Part shown: in pieces, positions 54,446-63,604 of the stretch
How the letters are laid out: each line of letters starts with the position of its first letter
How positions within the stretch are numbered: the first letter of the stretch is position 1
Assembly (NCBI GenBank): GCA_035510735.1
Contig: DATKGN010000004.1
Coordinates: 7,436 to 71,435, forward strand
Reading direction: 5' to 3'
From: Patescibacteria group bacterium
GTDB taxonomy: Bacteria > Patescibacteriota > Microgenomatia > UBA10105 > UBA927
DNA: 64,000 bases
The notes under the pieces: model-generated
What the model was told of the DNA's origin: nothing
The model's input: only the letters and a program-made list of their open reading frames with translations
Databases searched by the model: none
Program-made: the position numbers and the translations under genes

Positions 54446-55066
54446 TTATCGAGGACCCATTGTCCCTTGTTGTCCCGTTGCGAATCCAGGAATCCCTATA
54501 ATATTAATTCCGATAAATGATAATAAAAAGACGGAAAAGATAATGAGAATAAGGCCGGTTATCGCGGAGCTGACGAGTTCGCGTCCGGCATTAAGCTGCT
54601 CAGGATTGCCTGCGCTGGTCATAATCTGCAGTCCGCCGAAGAGAATAAGAAGAAACGCTATGCCGCCTGCTAAACCCATACCGAGTTTGATAATCCATCC
54701 AAGGAGATCATTCGGATCAGTCTGAATGCATCCGATTGCGGTCCACGTCTTCTGAGTCGAATCGCCCGTATTTGTCATGCAACCTATGCAGGCAGCATGT
54801 TGAGCATCTGGAACCGAGTCGCAAATATTATACGTTTGTGAAACCCCCGCGGGGCGAGTGCCTGACGGACATTCTGCAGCGGTATCACAACATTGTCCAG
54901 TGAAGTTCACTGGACCATTGCCGATGCATTGAACCTGGGTTTTTGTGCACATTACGGTTTGCGAGAATAGATTTTGTGCTGCTCCATTACATGCGGCCTG
55001 GACTTTCGTAGTCGGGATAAGCCAAAACACCAAAAATAGCGCGACAATAAAGCCAAATATCCGCAT
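54446..55066 (-). CDS. Pilin-family protein with a Cys-rich secreted N-terminal domain (copy 8)
   Basis: It has a signal peptide (MRIFGFIVALFLVFWLIPTTKVQA) and a domain with about 11 Cys residues (CNGAAQ...CTKTQVQCIGNGPVNFTGQCCDTAAECPSG...CIGCMTNTG). The C-terminal pilin core is LAGGIAFLLILFGGLQIMTSAGNPEQLNAGRELVSSAITGLILIIFSVFLL. The start was placed at an internal Met. Confidence 0.5.
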   Translation of the reverse strand: MRIFGFIVALFLVFWLIPTTKVQAACNGAAQNLFSQTVMCTKTQVQCIGNGPVNFTGQCCDTAAECPSGTRPAGVSQTYNICDSVPDAQHAACIGCMTNTGDSTQKTWTAIGCIQTDPNDLLGWIIKLGMGLAGGIAFLLILFGGLQIMTSAGNPEQLNAGRELVSSAITGLILIIFSVFLLSFIGINIIGIPGFATGQQGTMGPR

Positions 55067-55125
55067 AAATTCAGTGTAACAAATACGATCGGGAAAATAA
55101 AGAATGGTACAATAGTAACGCTTCA

Positions 55126-56910
55126 ATGAAAAAGACCGTCTTACTATTTTCAATAGGTTTATTCATGCTCGTTGTCGCGGTGCGTGTACATGCGTGTGAT
55201 TCAAGTGTGACCTGTGAAAATGTGACGCAAGCAAACCTTGAATCATGTAATCCGAATGAAGTCACCATGATTAGCGCAAAATGCAGCGAGGCATTCTCTA
55301 ATATTGAAAAAGCCGCACAGCCGCACCGCGCGGAACTTGATAAAATGAACCAGGCAATCGCAGCTTTCCAGGCTCGCATTCAACAAATCGAGGCCGATGT
55401 AGCACAAAAGACAATTGCAATAGCCCTAGGGGAGAAGCAGTTGGAAGGATTATATACGGTTGCAAGCGCTCGGATTCGGGAGTTCTATATTCGCTCGTTT
55501 ACCAATAATGTGATTGCACTTTTCTTTTCATCGACAAATATTGGTTCGGCATTTCGGACAATCGGGTATCAGCAGGCTGCAGTCAATGAAGATAAAAAAG
55601 TGATTACACAGACTGCGCTTGTCGTCCAGGACTTGGAGACCAAAAAAAAAGAACTAGTTTCTGAACAGGCGTCGCTTGCCCAGCTTAAGGCAGATACGGA
55701 TAAGCGTGCAGAGACAATACGGAAATTATTAGCACAGGTAGCAGCGTATGAAGGGCAACTTCAGAGTGCGATGGCCGCAATATCAGCCCGTCAACAGGAG
55801 TTTTTGGCACAAAAACTTGCGGGACTTGGAATCCCCCTTTTTGCCATAAGCGGCGGAGGATGTTCGAGCGATTTAACCAATGGTAAAGATCCGGGGTTTG
55901 GCGGCGCTTTTGGGTTTTTTACTTTCGGCGTGCCGAATCGCGTGGGGTTAAATCAATATGGAGCATTAGGGAGGGCTAAAGTAGGACAAAATGCTGATAC
56001 TATTCTCCATGCATATTACAATTTTGACGGGTATCAGAGCGTTGACGCGAACATTACGATAAAAGTAAACGACAGTAACAGCGTGAATCAAGGGAACATT
56101 ATTTGGAGCGGAAAATTAAATGATTATGTGAAACGGATCTACGAGGTTCCTGGTGATTGGCCTTCAGAATCGTTAAAAGCACAGGTGATAGCCATACGTT
56201 CGTACGTACTGGCGACGACAAATAACGGCAATATGTCTATTTGTGCGAATCAGTATTGTCAGGTGTTTCAGTCCGGCGAAAAGGGAGGCGCCTGGAATCA
56301 GGCTGTAGACGATACGGGAACACAGGTTATGGTGCAAGGGGGAAATCCGATTAAAGCATTTTTTTCTTCGACGCATGGGGGATATGTCTATAGCACGGGT
56401 GATTTACAGGGGTGGTCAGCCACGAGCTACACTAAAAGAGCAGTGGATACGACAAGCGGAAGTGTGTCGGGATTTTCGGATTTGCGAAGTAACGCGTATG
56501 ATCGTGACAGTCCATGGTTTTATTGTGATTGGGGCGCGCGCAGTCAAAACGGTGGCACTGCGTGGTTAAAACCTGAAGAAGTCGCCGATATCGCCAATGT
56601 GATTCTTTTGGCCCATCAAGACGGCTCATCACAGCAACACCTCACTCAACCCGATAAACCGAATCCCGACGGTGTCGATACATGGGATGCGGCGACCGTT
56701 CGATCGAAACTCGGTGACCGTGCATATAATTCAGTATCCAATGTATCAATGAGTGCGGATTTTGGCACCGGCAGGGTAACATCCGTCTCCGTATCGGGAG
56801 ATGGGAAATCCGACACATTTGACGGAGGTGACTTTAAAACCTATTTTAACCTCCGGGCGCCCGCAAATATTCAAATCGTCGGACCGCTCTATAACGTTGA
56901 GAAAAAGTAA
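55126..56910 (+). CDS. SpoIID/LytB-domain protein with an N-terminal signal peptide and a coiled-coil region
   Basis: A coiled coil of about 200 aa (QARIQQIEADVAQKTIAIALGEKQLEGL...) is followed by SpoIID/LytB blocks: ESLKAQVIAIRSYVLA, CANQYCQVFQSG and FFSSTHGGYVYSTGD. Confidence 0.75.
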   Translation: MKKTVLLFSIGLFMLVVAVRVHACDSSVTCENVTQANLESCNPNEVTMISAKCSEAFSNIEKAAQPHRAELDKMNQAIAAFQARIQQIEADVAQKTIAIALGEKQLEGLYTVASARIREFYIRSFTNNVIALFFSSTNIGSAFRTIGYQQAAVNEDKKVITQTALVVQDLETKKKELVSEQASLAQLKADTDKRAETIRKLLAQVAAYEGQLQSAMAAISARQQEFLAQKLAGLGIPLFAISGGGCSSDLTNGKDPGFGGAFGFFTFGVPNRVGLNQYGALGRAKVGQNADTILHAYYNFDGYQSVDANITIKVNDSNSVNQGNIIWSGKLNDYVKRIYEVPGDWPSESLKAQVIAIRSYVLATTNNGNMSICANQYCQVFQSGEKGGAWNQAVDDTGTQVMVQGGNPIKAFFSSTHGGYVYSTGDLQGWSATSYTKRAVDTTSGSVSGFSDLRSNAYDRDSPWFYCDWGARSQNGGTAWLKPEEVADIANVILLAHQDGSSQQHLTQPDKPNPDGVDTWDAATVRSKLGDRAYNSVSNVSMSADFGTGRVTSVSVSGDGKSDTFDGGDFKTYFNLRAPANIQIVGPLYNVEKK

Positions 56911-56931
56911 GCTCTTTAGTACAATACTTCT

Positions 56932-57588
56932 GTGCCGACATTATTTGATTCAGCTAACCATAGTCCGCCAATAAATGCGCAGCAGAAAACCACAGCAAAT
57001 ACCACGTTTGGCGCCGGCAGTGAACACACTCCCATGACGCCGTTAACCAGCTTTGCGGTACATCCCGATAGTGTTCGATTTGAGACTCAGGAAGAACAGG
57101 AGACGGTTATTTTATTTTTACGGCAACATTTTATCGTGAACGTTCCCTGGATACTTATCGCGTTTATTATCGCAATTGCGCCGACTGTTATTTTCCCATT
57201 GGTTACTCATATATTACCGATATCGTTGTCCATACCTATCGGGTACATCATTATTGGTACTGCATTATGGTATCTTGCAACTCTCGGATTTGTTCTCGCG
57301 AAATTCTTAGGATGGTTTTTTAATATTTATATTGTAACCAACGAACGGGTTATTGATATTGATTTTTTTTACTTACTCTACAAAAAATTTTCTGAGGCGG
57401 AACTGAACAAAATTCAGGACATCTCATTTACCTCAGGGGGAATTTTTGCCGCAATATTCAATTATGGTAACGTAAAAATTGAAACGGCCGGAGAGGCCCC
57501 AAATCTGGAATTTGAGATGATTCCGTTCCCTGAGCGCGTTGTCGAAACGATACGGAGTCTCACGGAGGGGTTGCCAAATTCTATATGA
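56932..57588 (+). CDS. Membrane protein with a bacterial PH (YdbS/YdbT-like) domain
   Basis: Two TM helices are followed by GWFFNIYIVTNERVIDIDFFYLLYKKFSEAELNKIQDISFTSGGIFAAIFNYGNVKIET (bPH_2-like). Confidence 0.55.
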   Translation: MPTLFDSANHSPPINAQQKTTANTTFGAGSEHTPMTPLTSFAVHPDSVRFETQEEQETVILFLRQHFIVNVPWILIAFIIAIAPTVIFPLVTHILPISLSIPIGYIIIGTALWYLATLGFVLAKFLGWFFNIYIVTNERVIDIDFFYLLYKKFSEAELNKIQDISFTSGGIFAAIFNYGNVKIETAGEAPNLEFEMIPFPERVVETIRSLTEGLPNSI

Positions 57589-57806
57589 TTACACAAACGT
57601 TCCCCGGGACATTATGGCTTATTGCAAAATTGTTTACCCTTTTAGGTGTCGCAGTCTATATCGTATTTGCCGGAGTCATGGTGCGGCAGGAACACCTGAT
57701 GGCAAATGTTCTCGAGGAGGGATCAGAGGCGATCCTTCGCATTCTCACCTATATTCATTTAGCCCTCGCAATCGGTATTTTTATCCTTGCGCTTATTATC
57801 CTTTAA
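57585..57806 (+). CDS. Small hydrophobic protein (two TM helices), translationally coupled to the upstream gene
   Basis: 73 aa. LWLIAKLFTLLGVAVYIVFAGV...LALAIGIFILALIIL. There is a 4-nt overlap with the upstream gene. Confidence 0.3.
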   Translation: MITQTFPGTLWLIAKLFTLLGVAVYIVFAGVMVRQEHLMANVLEEGSEAILRILTYIHLALAIGIFILALIIL

Positions 57807-57829
57807 TTGCTTCGTGATAAGATAAAGAT

Positions 57830-59683
57830 ATGCGGATAAAGTCCTCTATAGGTCTTGCTGTTGGACCCGTTGATGCAACGCATTGGGGACAGGTGCTCGT
57901 GTTGCCTTCGGTATACGGCGTCGTCGAGATTCAGGACCCGGCAGGTAATGCCCAAGAAGAGGGGGTTGCCACATTGTCTCTTTTAGGCGATGCATTAAGC
58001 CACGAAATTTCAAGCCTCCGTGCGCTTGAAGATATCGCTGACCGCGCTAATAGTCCACATGTTCAAAGCATGATGCTCCTTTTATCCGTCGGACGCGTGG
58101 TGTATATCGTTTTCCGCGGCAAGGGGAACGTCTATCTTAAGCGGGGGCGGGAGCTTGCAAGTCTCATGCATCGTGACGGGGGGATATCCGGAGAGGTCCG
58201 CTCGGGTGACACGTTTCTTTTATCATCGGGCGGATTTGCCGCAATACTTCCCCATGAGGAGCTTACGCATCTTTTTGATCATCTGCCGGCTCCTGAAATT
58301 GCCGAAAAATTAACGCTCCTTCTTCACGAAAAAAAAGGCGGAGAGGGGAGTGTCGCACTGGTATTTGAAGCCGTCGATTTAGAGGAAAATCAATTGAAAG
58401 ATGAATCGCCGCCCGTAATTTCTCAGGAACCGGTTATTGTCCAAAAAAACGATGTTTCTCAAACTCCCGATATTTTCAAAAAACATGATCACCAGCCAAT
58501 GAATTTTTCCGGATTCATTTCCAGGGTAAAAACGTACATTGAAGCATTGCGACGGGATAAAAAACATCTCAATGCAACCATTGTCGTCGTACTAATCGGA
58601 TTTTTTGCCGTGAGCGTCCTATTAGGTGTTATAAAACAGGTGTCGGTGAAGCGAAATCAGGCAATGTACAGCGCGATGTCGGACGCGCAGCATGCACTTG
58701 ATGAAGGCGTCGCTCTAATTCCTCTCAATCCGCTTAAAGGGAGGGAACGCCTAACAACTGCTAAACAATTGCTTGATCCGTATATGCAAAGAATATCGCC
58801 CAATACAACAGACGGATATCAACTCGGCGTGTTGTATAGAAAAGTTACCGATAATCTGTCTCAGGCGATGCAGATTGTTAATACGACACCGTCCCTATTT
58901 TACGATATGGGACTTATCAAAAAAGGGGCAACCGCGACAAATTTTGCTATAGACGGCACGACACTAGCTATAGGGGATGGCGCCACCGCCACCGTGTATT
59001 CGCTTGATATTACGTCCAAAAATGCCCAAATAATTGCGGGCGGAAGCGGGATGAAAGGAGTTTCATCCGTTGCGGTGCACGGGGATCAGCTTTATGCATT
59101 GACCGGAGACGCAATCACGCAATTTGATATGAGCAGTAATAATAAGGCGACAAAAGTCGTAAAGCGTGATCCTTCGTGGAACTTGGTGACGAATCTCACA
59201 TCCTTTGGCGGTAATTTATATCTACTGGATGTCGGAAAAAGCAGGATCTGGAAATATATTGCGACAGACACGAACGCAAGCGGTAGCGCTGGGTTTTCCG
59301 ATATTCGTGAATATTTGAATCCCGACACGCTGCCGGATTTTTCCGGCGCGACCTCACTTGCGATTGACGGATCGGTTTGGGTTGGGACAACCGACGGAAA
59401 AATTCTCCGGTTTACTCAGGGTCAGGTAAACCCGTATCTTGCCCAAGGCGTGGATCCTGCGTTTGGGAAGCAGCTTGTGGTTTATACGACCGATGACGCA
59501 AAAAATATTTACGTGCTTGATACACAGAATAACCGCGTCGTCGTTTTGGATAAAGACGGGATGTACGCGGCTCAATATCGCTGGAGCACGGGATTTAGTC
59601 CCACGAACATCGTAGTATCCGAGTCAAATAAGAAAATACTGCTTCTTGCAGGCGGCAAAATCTATTCCATTGTCCTCAAATAG
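57830..59683 (+). CDS. Membrane protein with an N-terminal PP2C-like (SpoIIE-type) domain, a central TM helix and a C-terminal NHL-repeat beta-propeller
   Basis: The N-terminal region VGRVVYIVFRGKGNVYLKRGRELASLMHRDGGISGEVRSGDTFLLSSGGF resembles the PP2C core. The TM helix is IVVVLIGFFAVSVLLGVI. The C-terminus has repeated YLLDVGKSRIWKY and NIYVLDTQNNRVVVLDKDGMY (NHL-like). Low confidence. Confidence 0.5.
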   Translation: MRIKSSIGLAVGPVDATHWGQVLVLPSVYGVVEIQDPAGNAQEEGVATLSLLGDALSHEISSLRALEDIADRANSPHVQSMMLLLSVGRVVYIVFRGKGNVYLKRGRELASLMHRDGGISGEVRSGDTFLLSSGGFAAILPHEELTHLFDHLPAPEIAEKLTLLLHEKKGGEGSVALVFEAVDLEENQLKDESPPVISQEPVIVQKNDVSQTPDIFKKHDHQPMNFSGFISRVKTYIEALRRDKKHLNATIVVVLIGFFAVSVLLGVIKQVSVKRNQAMYSAMSDAQHALDEGVALIPLNPLKGRERLTTAKQLLDPYMQRISPNTTDGYQLGVLYRKVTDNLSQAMQIVNTTPSLFYDMGLIKKGATATNFAIDGTTLAIGDGATATVYSLDITSKNAQIIAGGSGMKGVSSVAVHGDQLYALTGDAITQFDMSSNNKATKVVKRDPSWNLVTNLTSFGGNLYLLDVGKSRIWKYIATDTNASGSAGFSDIREYLNPDTLPDFSGATSLAIDGSVWVGTTDGKILRFTQGQVNPYLAQGVDPAFGKQLVVYTTDDAKNIYVLDTQNNRVVVLDKDGMYAAQYRWSTGFSPTNIVVSESNKKILLLAGGKIYSIVLK

Positions 59684-59713
59684 CGTACAATATGGGCGTG
59701 TATAGCGGGGCAT

Positions 59714-60157
59714 ATGAATATCAAAAACACCAAAGTCGGCTATGAATATGAAATTCTGGAGCGCTTTGAAGCGGGCGTAGTTTTGACGGGCGCTGAGGTA
59801 AAATCCTTGAAAGGTGGCCATGCAACGCTTGACGGCGCATTCGTGCGGATTATCGGGTCCGAGGCATATCTTGTGAATGCACAGGTTTTCCCGTTTATCT
59901 ACGCACGGCCTGAAGGGTACGACCCAAGGCGCACGAGGAAACTTTTGATGCATAAAAAGGAACTACTGAGCGTAAAAAGTAAGACGGACGGCGCTAATTT
60001 GACCCTTATACCCCTCTCTTGGTATACTAAAGGCCCCCTAGTGAAGCTTGAGATCGCTCTCGCGCGCGGGAAAAAGCAATACGAGAAGCGTGAAACGAAG
60101 CGGAAGCGCGACCAACGGCGGGAATTAGAGAGGGAGTTTCGGGGGAAAGTGAAATAA
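59714..60157 (+). CDS. smpB: SsrA-binding protein SmpB
   Basis: VLTGAEVKSLKGGHATLDGAFV...KLLMHKKEL, and a basic C-terminal tail. Confidence 0.92.
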   Translation: MNIKNTKVGYEYEILERFEAGVVLTGAEVKSLKGGHATLDGAFVRIIGSEAYLVNAQVFPFIYARPEGYDPRRTRKLLMHKKELLSVKSKTDGANLTLIPLSWYTKGPLVKLEIALARGKKQYEKRETKRKRDQRRELEREFRGKVK

Positions 60158-60248
60158 TAATCGAATAATAGAATAACCTAATAAACGAATGATTTTCATT
60201 AGATTATTGGATTATTCATGTATTGAAATTCGATTCGTTTATTTATTA

Positions 60249-60649
60249 TGGGGATGAATGATTCGACGGGAGTGGCACATTAAAAACTGCAAGCCGGCGA
60301 TGATAAAAGAGCCGCAAAACATTATCAAACAATAATTGCTGAGACTAAACTTAGCGAGTTGGACGAGCGGGCGCTTTATGCGATTGCTTTCCAACGACAT
60401 CAGGCAGGAATTGCGTTAGCACTGAATGCTTAATGTCCGTCCATACATTCTTTCTTCCGGTGAAGGTGTGTGGGCGTAAAAACAGCCGGAACGTCAGGGA
60501 TCAATTGACCGCTTGATTCCGGAGCAATTTGGTCAACCCTTTCCGGCCTATTTTGTCCGTTTCGACGGTCGGGAAGAATTAAATGGACTACGCTTGTAGA
60601 TGTTTTTAGGTTTCACTTTCGGACCCGGGTTCATTGCCCGGCATCTCCA
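60249..60649 (+). ncRNA. ssrA: tmRNA (ssrA), immediately downstream of smpB
   Basis: The 5' end GGGGATGAATGATTCGACGGGAGTGGC matches the conserved tmRNA 5' tRNA-like half (GGGG..GAUUCGACGGG). The 3' end has a T-arm CCGGGTTCATTGCCCGG, then CATCTCC pairing with the 5' GGGGATG (with a G3:U wobble as in tRNA-Ala), then discriminator A at about 60649. An internal reading frame ends ...GIALALNA-TAA at about 60420-60422 (tag candidate). The ORF-track ORF 60600..60782 overlaps the 3' end. Confidence 0.7.
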
Positions 60650-60753
60650 CAGACAGTTAATGAACGAAGTGAATTTACTGCTGTGGACGTCGTGTAATCG
60701 CGACGCCACGAGGCACCGTCTTCCTGTATTATGGAGTAAGAAGGCGGATTTTT

Positions 60754-61443
60754 GTGGGCATTTTAGATTTCATTTTCCCTAAGCGTTGTGTCGGGTGCGG
60801 CCGGTTGGGGCGGTATATCTGTGACCGGTGCCGGAAGCTCGTCATCCCCATTGCACCCAATGAATGCATCTGTCCGATGTGTGAAAAACCGGCAATCGGA
60901 GGCGTCACGCATCCCAGGTGCCGGTCGCGGTATGGACTAGATGGTTTAAGTAGTTTCTTTTATTACAACCATATCGTGCGGGCGGCAATTAAAGAAATAA
61001 AATATCGTTTCGTTTCTGATTTAGCCCACGAGTTTATTTCGTTTGTTCCGCTGTCAGCGTACGAGATGTATGCACTCAAAGGTGATACCTCAGCATTTTT
61101 GGTTCCTGTCCCGCTCCATAAGACGCGACTTCGGTATCGTGGGTTTAACCAATCGGAAGTGTTAGGGAAATTACTCGCCGTGCGGTTGCAGATTCACGTC
61201 CGTACCGATATACTTGGGCGCACTGCAGTGACCGTTCCGCAGGTCGAACTGCCGAATAAGGATATGCGCCTCTCAAATATGAACAATGTTTTTGGCATCA
61301 ATAAACCAGCCCCCGCCTTAAAAGGATCAACCATTCTTTTGTTTGATGACGTGTTTACGACAGGCGCAACCATGCGCTCCGCGGCCAACGTGTTAAAACG
61401 GGGCGGCGCAAAGGTTGTTTGGGCGGTCACGATGGCAAGATAA
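60754..61443 (+). CDS. comFC: ComF-family protein (ComFC-like phosphoribosyltransferase-domain protein)
   Basis: An N-terminal Zn-finger (CVGCGRLGRYICDRCRK...CPMC) and a C-terminal PRTase motif (ILLFDDVFTTGATM). The start codon is GTG according to the sequence. Confidence 0.8.
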   Translation: MGILDFIFPKRCVGCGRLGRYICDRCRKLVIPIAPNECICPMCEKPAIGGVTHPRCRSRYGLDGLSSFFYYNHIVRAAIKEIKYRFVSDLAHEFISFVPLSAYEMYALKGDTSAFLVPVPLHKTRLRYRGFNQSEVLGKLLAVRLQIHVRTDILGRTAVTVPQVELPNKDMRLSNMNNVFGINKPAPALKGSTILLFDDVFTTGATMRSAANVLKRGGAKVVWAVTMAR

Positions 61444-61478
61444 GAAGTATTCGCATGTTAACATGTTAGCATGATGAT

Positions 61479-62117
61479 ATGAATAAACGTATTTGTATTG
61501 TTGCAAACGGAAGATTAGAACCAATTCTTTTGGAATCCATTGCCGTTGGTGACATGGTTATCGGCGTTGACCGGGCAGCTTTTTGGCTTATTCAACATGA
61601 GGTCCTACCCGATGTGGCGATAGGGGATTTTGATTCGGTGACGCCTGAAGAGATGAAGATGATTTCGAAGAATGTTGAGGAGGTGAAGTGTTATAAACCA
61701 GAAAAAAATTACACGGATACAGAACTCGCGCTTCGGTTTGCCATCCGGTTCCATCCCGTATCAATCATAATTCTCGGAGGAAGCGGGACGAGACTTGATC
61801 ACACGATGGGAACGCTTCAACTTCTTGAGGCGTCTGCTAAGTGCGGGATACCTACCGTATTTCGGGATGAGACAAACGAGGTAGTAGTGGTGGGGAGAGG
61901 TCGCACAATATTGATAAAGAGGGGAGGGTGCCGGTATGTTTCGTTTATTCCTATCACCAACACAATTCAATTGACGTTATCGGGTTTTAAATACGAAATT
62001 ACGAAAAAAACAATTCATCGTGGCCAAACCATCGGTATCAGCAATGAATTTACCGGCCGGCAGGCGGACGTTACGATCCATCGCGGCCGTGCTTTCATCA
62101 TACAAAGTAGAGATTGA
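61479..62117 (+). CDS. Thiamine pyrophosphokinase
   Basis: IVANGRLEPILLESIAVGDMVIGVDRAAFWLIQHEVLPDVAIGDFDSV...PEKNYTDTELALRFAI (TPK catalytic domain), with a C-terminal thiamin-binding domain. Confidence 0.8.
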   Translation: MNKRICIVANGRLEPILLESIAVGDMVIGVDRAAFWLIQHEVLPDVAIGDFDSVTPEEMKMISKNVEEVKCYKPEKNYTDTELALRFAIRFHPVSIIILGGSGTRLDHTMGTLQLLEASAKCGIPTVFRDETNEVVVVGRGRTILIKRGGCRYVSFIPITNTIQLTLSGFKYEITKKTIHRGQTIGISNEFTGRQADVTIHRGRAFIIQSRD

Positions 62118-62127
62118 TGTTATTTTG

Positions 62128-62209
62128 CGGAGGGTACAGGGGTCGAACCTGTTAGGGATTACTCCCACTAGTTTTCAAGACTAGCGCGTTACCGTCCCGC
62201 CCACCCTCC
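62128..62209 (-). tRNA. tRNA-Ser (anticodon UGA)
   Basis: The hand-folded minus-strand sequence is GGAGGGTGGGCGGGACGGTAACGCGCTAGTCTTGAAAACTAGTGGGAGTAATCCCTAACAGGTTCGACCCCTGTACCCTCCG. It has a 7-bp acceptor stem, a 3-bp D-stem, an anticodon stem CTAGT/ACTAG with loop CTTGAAA, a long variable arm (GGGA/TCCC), a T-arm ACAGG-TTCGACC-CCTGT and discriminator G. CCA is not encoded. Confidence 0.8.
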
Positions 62210-62273
62210 TCGTTATCCAGATTTTGATGTATGTTAAGCCAGCTTGTATTTAGATGGAATTCCTCATTTTATT

Positions 62274-62358
62274 GCGGAGAGTGTGGGAGTCGAACCCACT
62301 CGGGAGTATAAGTCCCGCGAGTTTAGCGAACTCGTGCATAACCGTTCTGCCCACTCTC
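62274..62358 (-). tRNA. tRNA-Ser (anticodon GCU)
   Basis: The minus-strand sequence is GGAGAGTGGGCAGAACGGTTATGCACGAGTTCGCTAAACTCGCGGGACTTATACTCCCGAGTGGGTTCGACTCCCACACTCTCCG. The anticodon stem is CGAGT/ACTCG with loop TCGCTAA (position 33 reads C, not U). It has a long variable arm, a T-arm GTGGG-TTCGACT-CCCAC and discriminator G. Confidence 0.75.
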
Positions 62359-62552
62359 CCTTGGCTTTCCAGCCTCCTGATTATATCAAAATTGACTATT
62401 GTACGTGGCGCATCGGTTTAGATTTGAGAAATATCTCAAATCCGGTTTTGGAAGAAGATTTTTAAAGAAACACAAAATTGTGGAAATTTAATGTCTTTTA
62501 TTGTCGTGGTGGGCTATAATTTAGATTAAATAGCAAAGCAAAGTGAATATGT

Positions 62553-63485
62553 ATGACTAATAATGAACTTGCTGGACAAAGTATTGCGCCCATAGATTTT
62601 GGAAATCCTTATCAAAAAGGATACCCACTCTTAAAAAGAGCGCGTAAAGAATTTGGCATTGATCAACCGGAAATAGTTGAATCCGCGCGGGAAATGGTTG
62701 GCTCTGTGCGTTTTGCGGCGATTATTGGTTTTCAAAACGATCACGTCTTAACTTTTCCAAACGGGATAACAAACAAAAAGCATAGAGGTATCGCAATGGT
62801 AAAACAAGCTTTACGAGACATCTCAGTAGAAACATTTGTTAATACGGCCGGTGAGCTTGGCCTCAATCAATTACCATTAGCACTCACGGATATAAAAAAT
62901 CCAGAAATGAAGAGAGTGCCTTTTGATCCTGAACGTGAATTGTTGGTGCCTATTGCTGTCTACGAGACAAATATACAGCCGACAGTATCAAAGGAGAAGG
63001 AATATGCACAAAATTTTTTTGATCAGGCAATGAAAGCTCCATATGGGGAGATTTACGAGCAATATGGAAGCATTTATTCATGTCGTGTTGGGTATATAGA
63101 TCGTCCTGACATACAAGGATACTCAGAATTATTTTTAATAGGCGTAATGGGCGAAAGTGGTCATTTACGATTTAATGATCTATTGGTTTCTATTCTTATG
63201 AAAACGAAAAATATTCAACGATTTATGAAAATTGCATCAAAAGACATTCATGGGGCTTTTGGAGGGTTACTTTCCATGAGCTTATCTCCCGATCTTGTTG
63301 ATTATTATTACTGTCCGGAATTTGAAAGTCCAGAGAAACAAAATTTGAAGCAAATTGGATGGAGACTTAAAGATGTTGGTTATATGCAAAGCGCTATACT
63401 CGGAAATAATGCCTGGTATCACCTCGCGCGAAATGAAGATCATACATTTAAAGTGGTAGAAGAAATTCCAGTAGAGTCATTGTAG
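62553..63485 (+). CDS. Hypothetical protein (310 aa), with no recognisable domain
   Basis: It is an uninterrupted ORF with ordinary amino-acid composition. It lies downstream of the tRNA-Ser pair. No TM helices and no known motifs. Confidence 0.45.
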   Translation: MTNNELAGQSIAPIDFGNPYQKGYPLLKRARKEFGIDQPEIVESAREMVGSVRFAAIIGFQNDHVLTFPNGITNKKHRGIAMVKQALRDISVETFVNTAGELGLNQLPLALTDIKNPEMKRVPFDPERELLVPIAVYETNIQPTVSKEKEYAQNFFDQAMKAPYGEIYEQYGSIYSCRVGYIDRPDIQGYSELFLIGVMGESGHLRFNDLLVSILMKTKNIQRFMKIASKDIHGAFGGLLSMSLSPDLVDYYYCPEFESPEKQNLKQIGWRLKDVGYMQSAILGNNAWYHLARNEDHTFKVVEEIPVESL

Positions 63486-63604
63486 AAGTCTGTTTATTAA
63501 AGGATATCGTGAGTTTGAGAGCTTAGGTTTACCAATCTTTTCCTGCGTTTTCAAATTGCCCCTATCCGTTATAATACCCTTGTGCAGTAACGTACAATAA
63601 AACT

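Noticed and set aside
55641-55651. A9-10 tract inside the SpoIID/LytB gene, considered as a phase-variation site
   Set aside because: Short lysine-codon runs are common in this AT-rich coding sequence. Unlike the GT4 tract, it has no obvious surface-variation rationale. It was noted but not elevated.
60600-60782. 60-aa ORF from the track
   Set aside because: It overlaps the 3' tRNA-like domain of the tmRNA and the comFC start. It is explained by the ncRNA.
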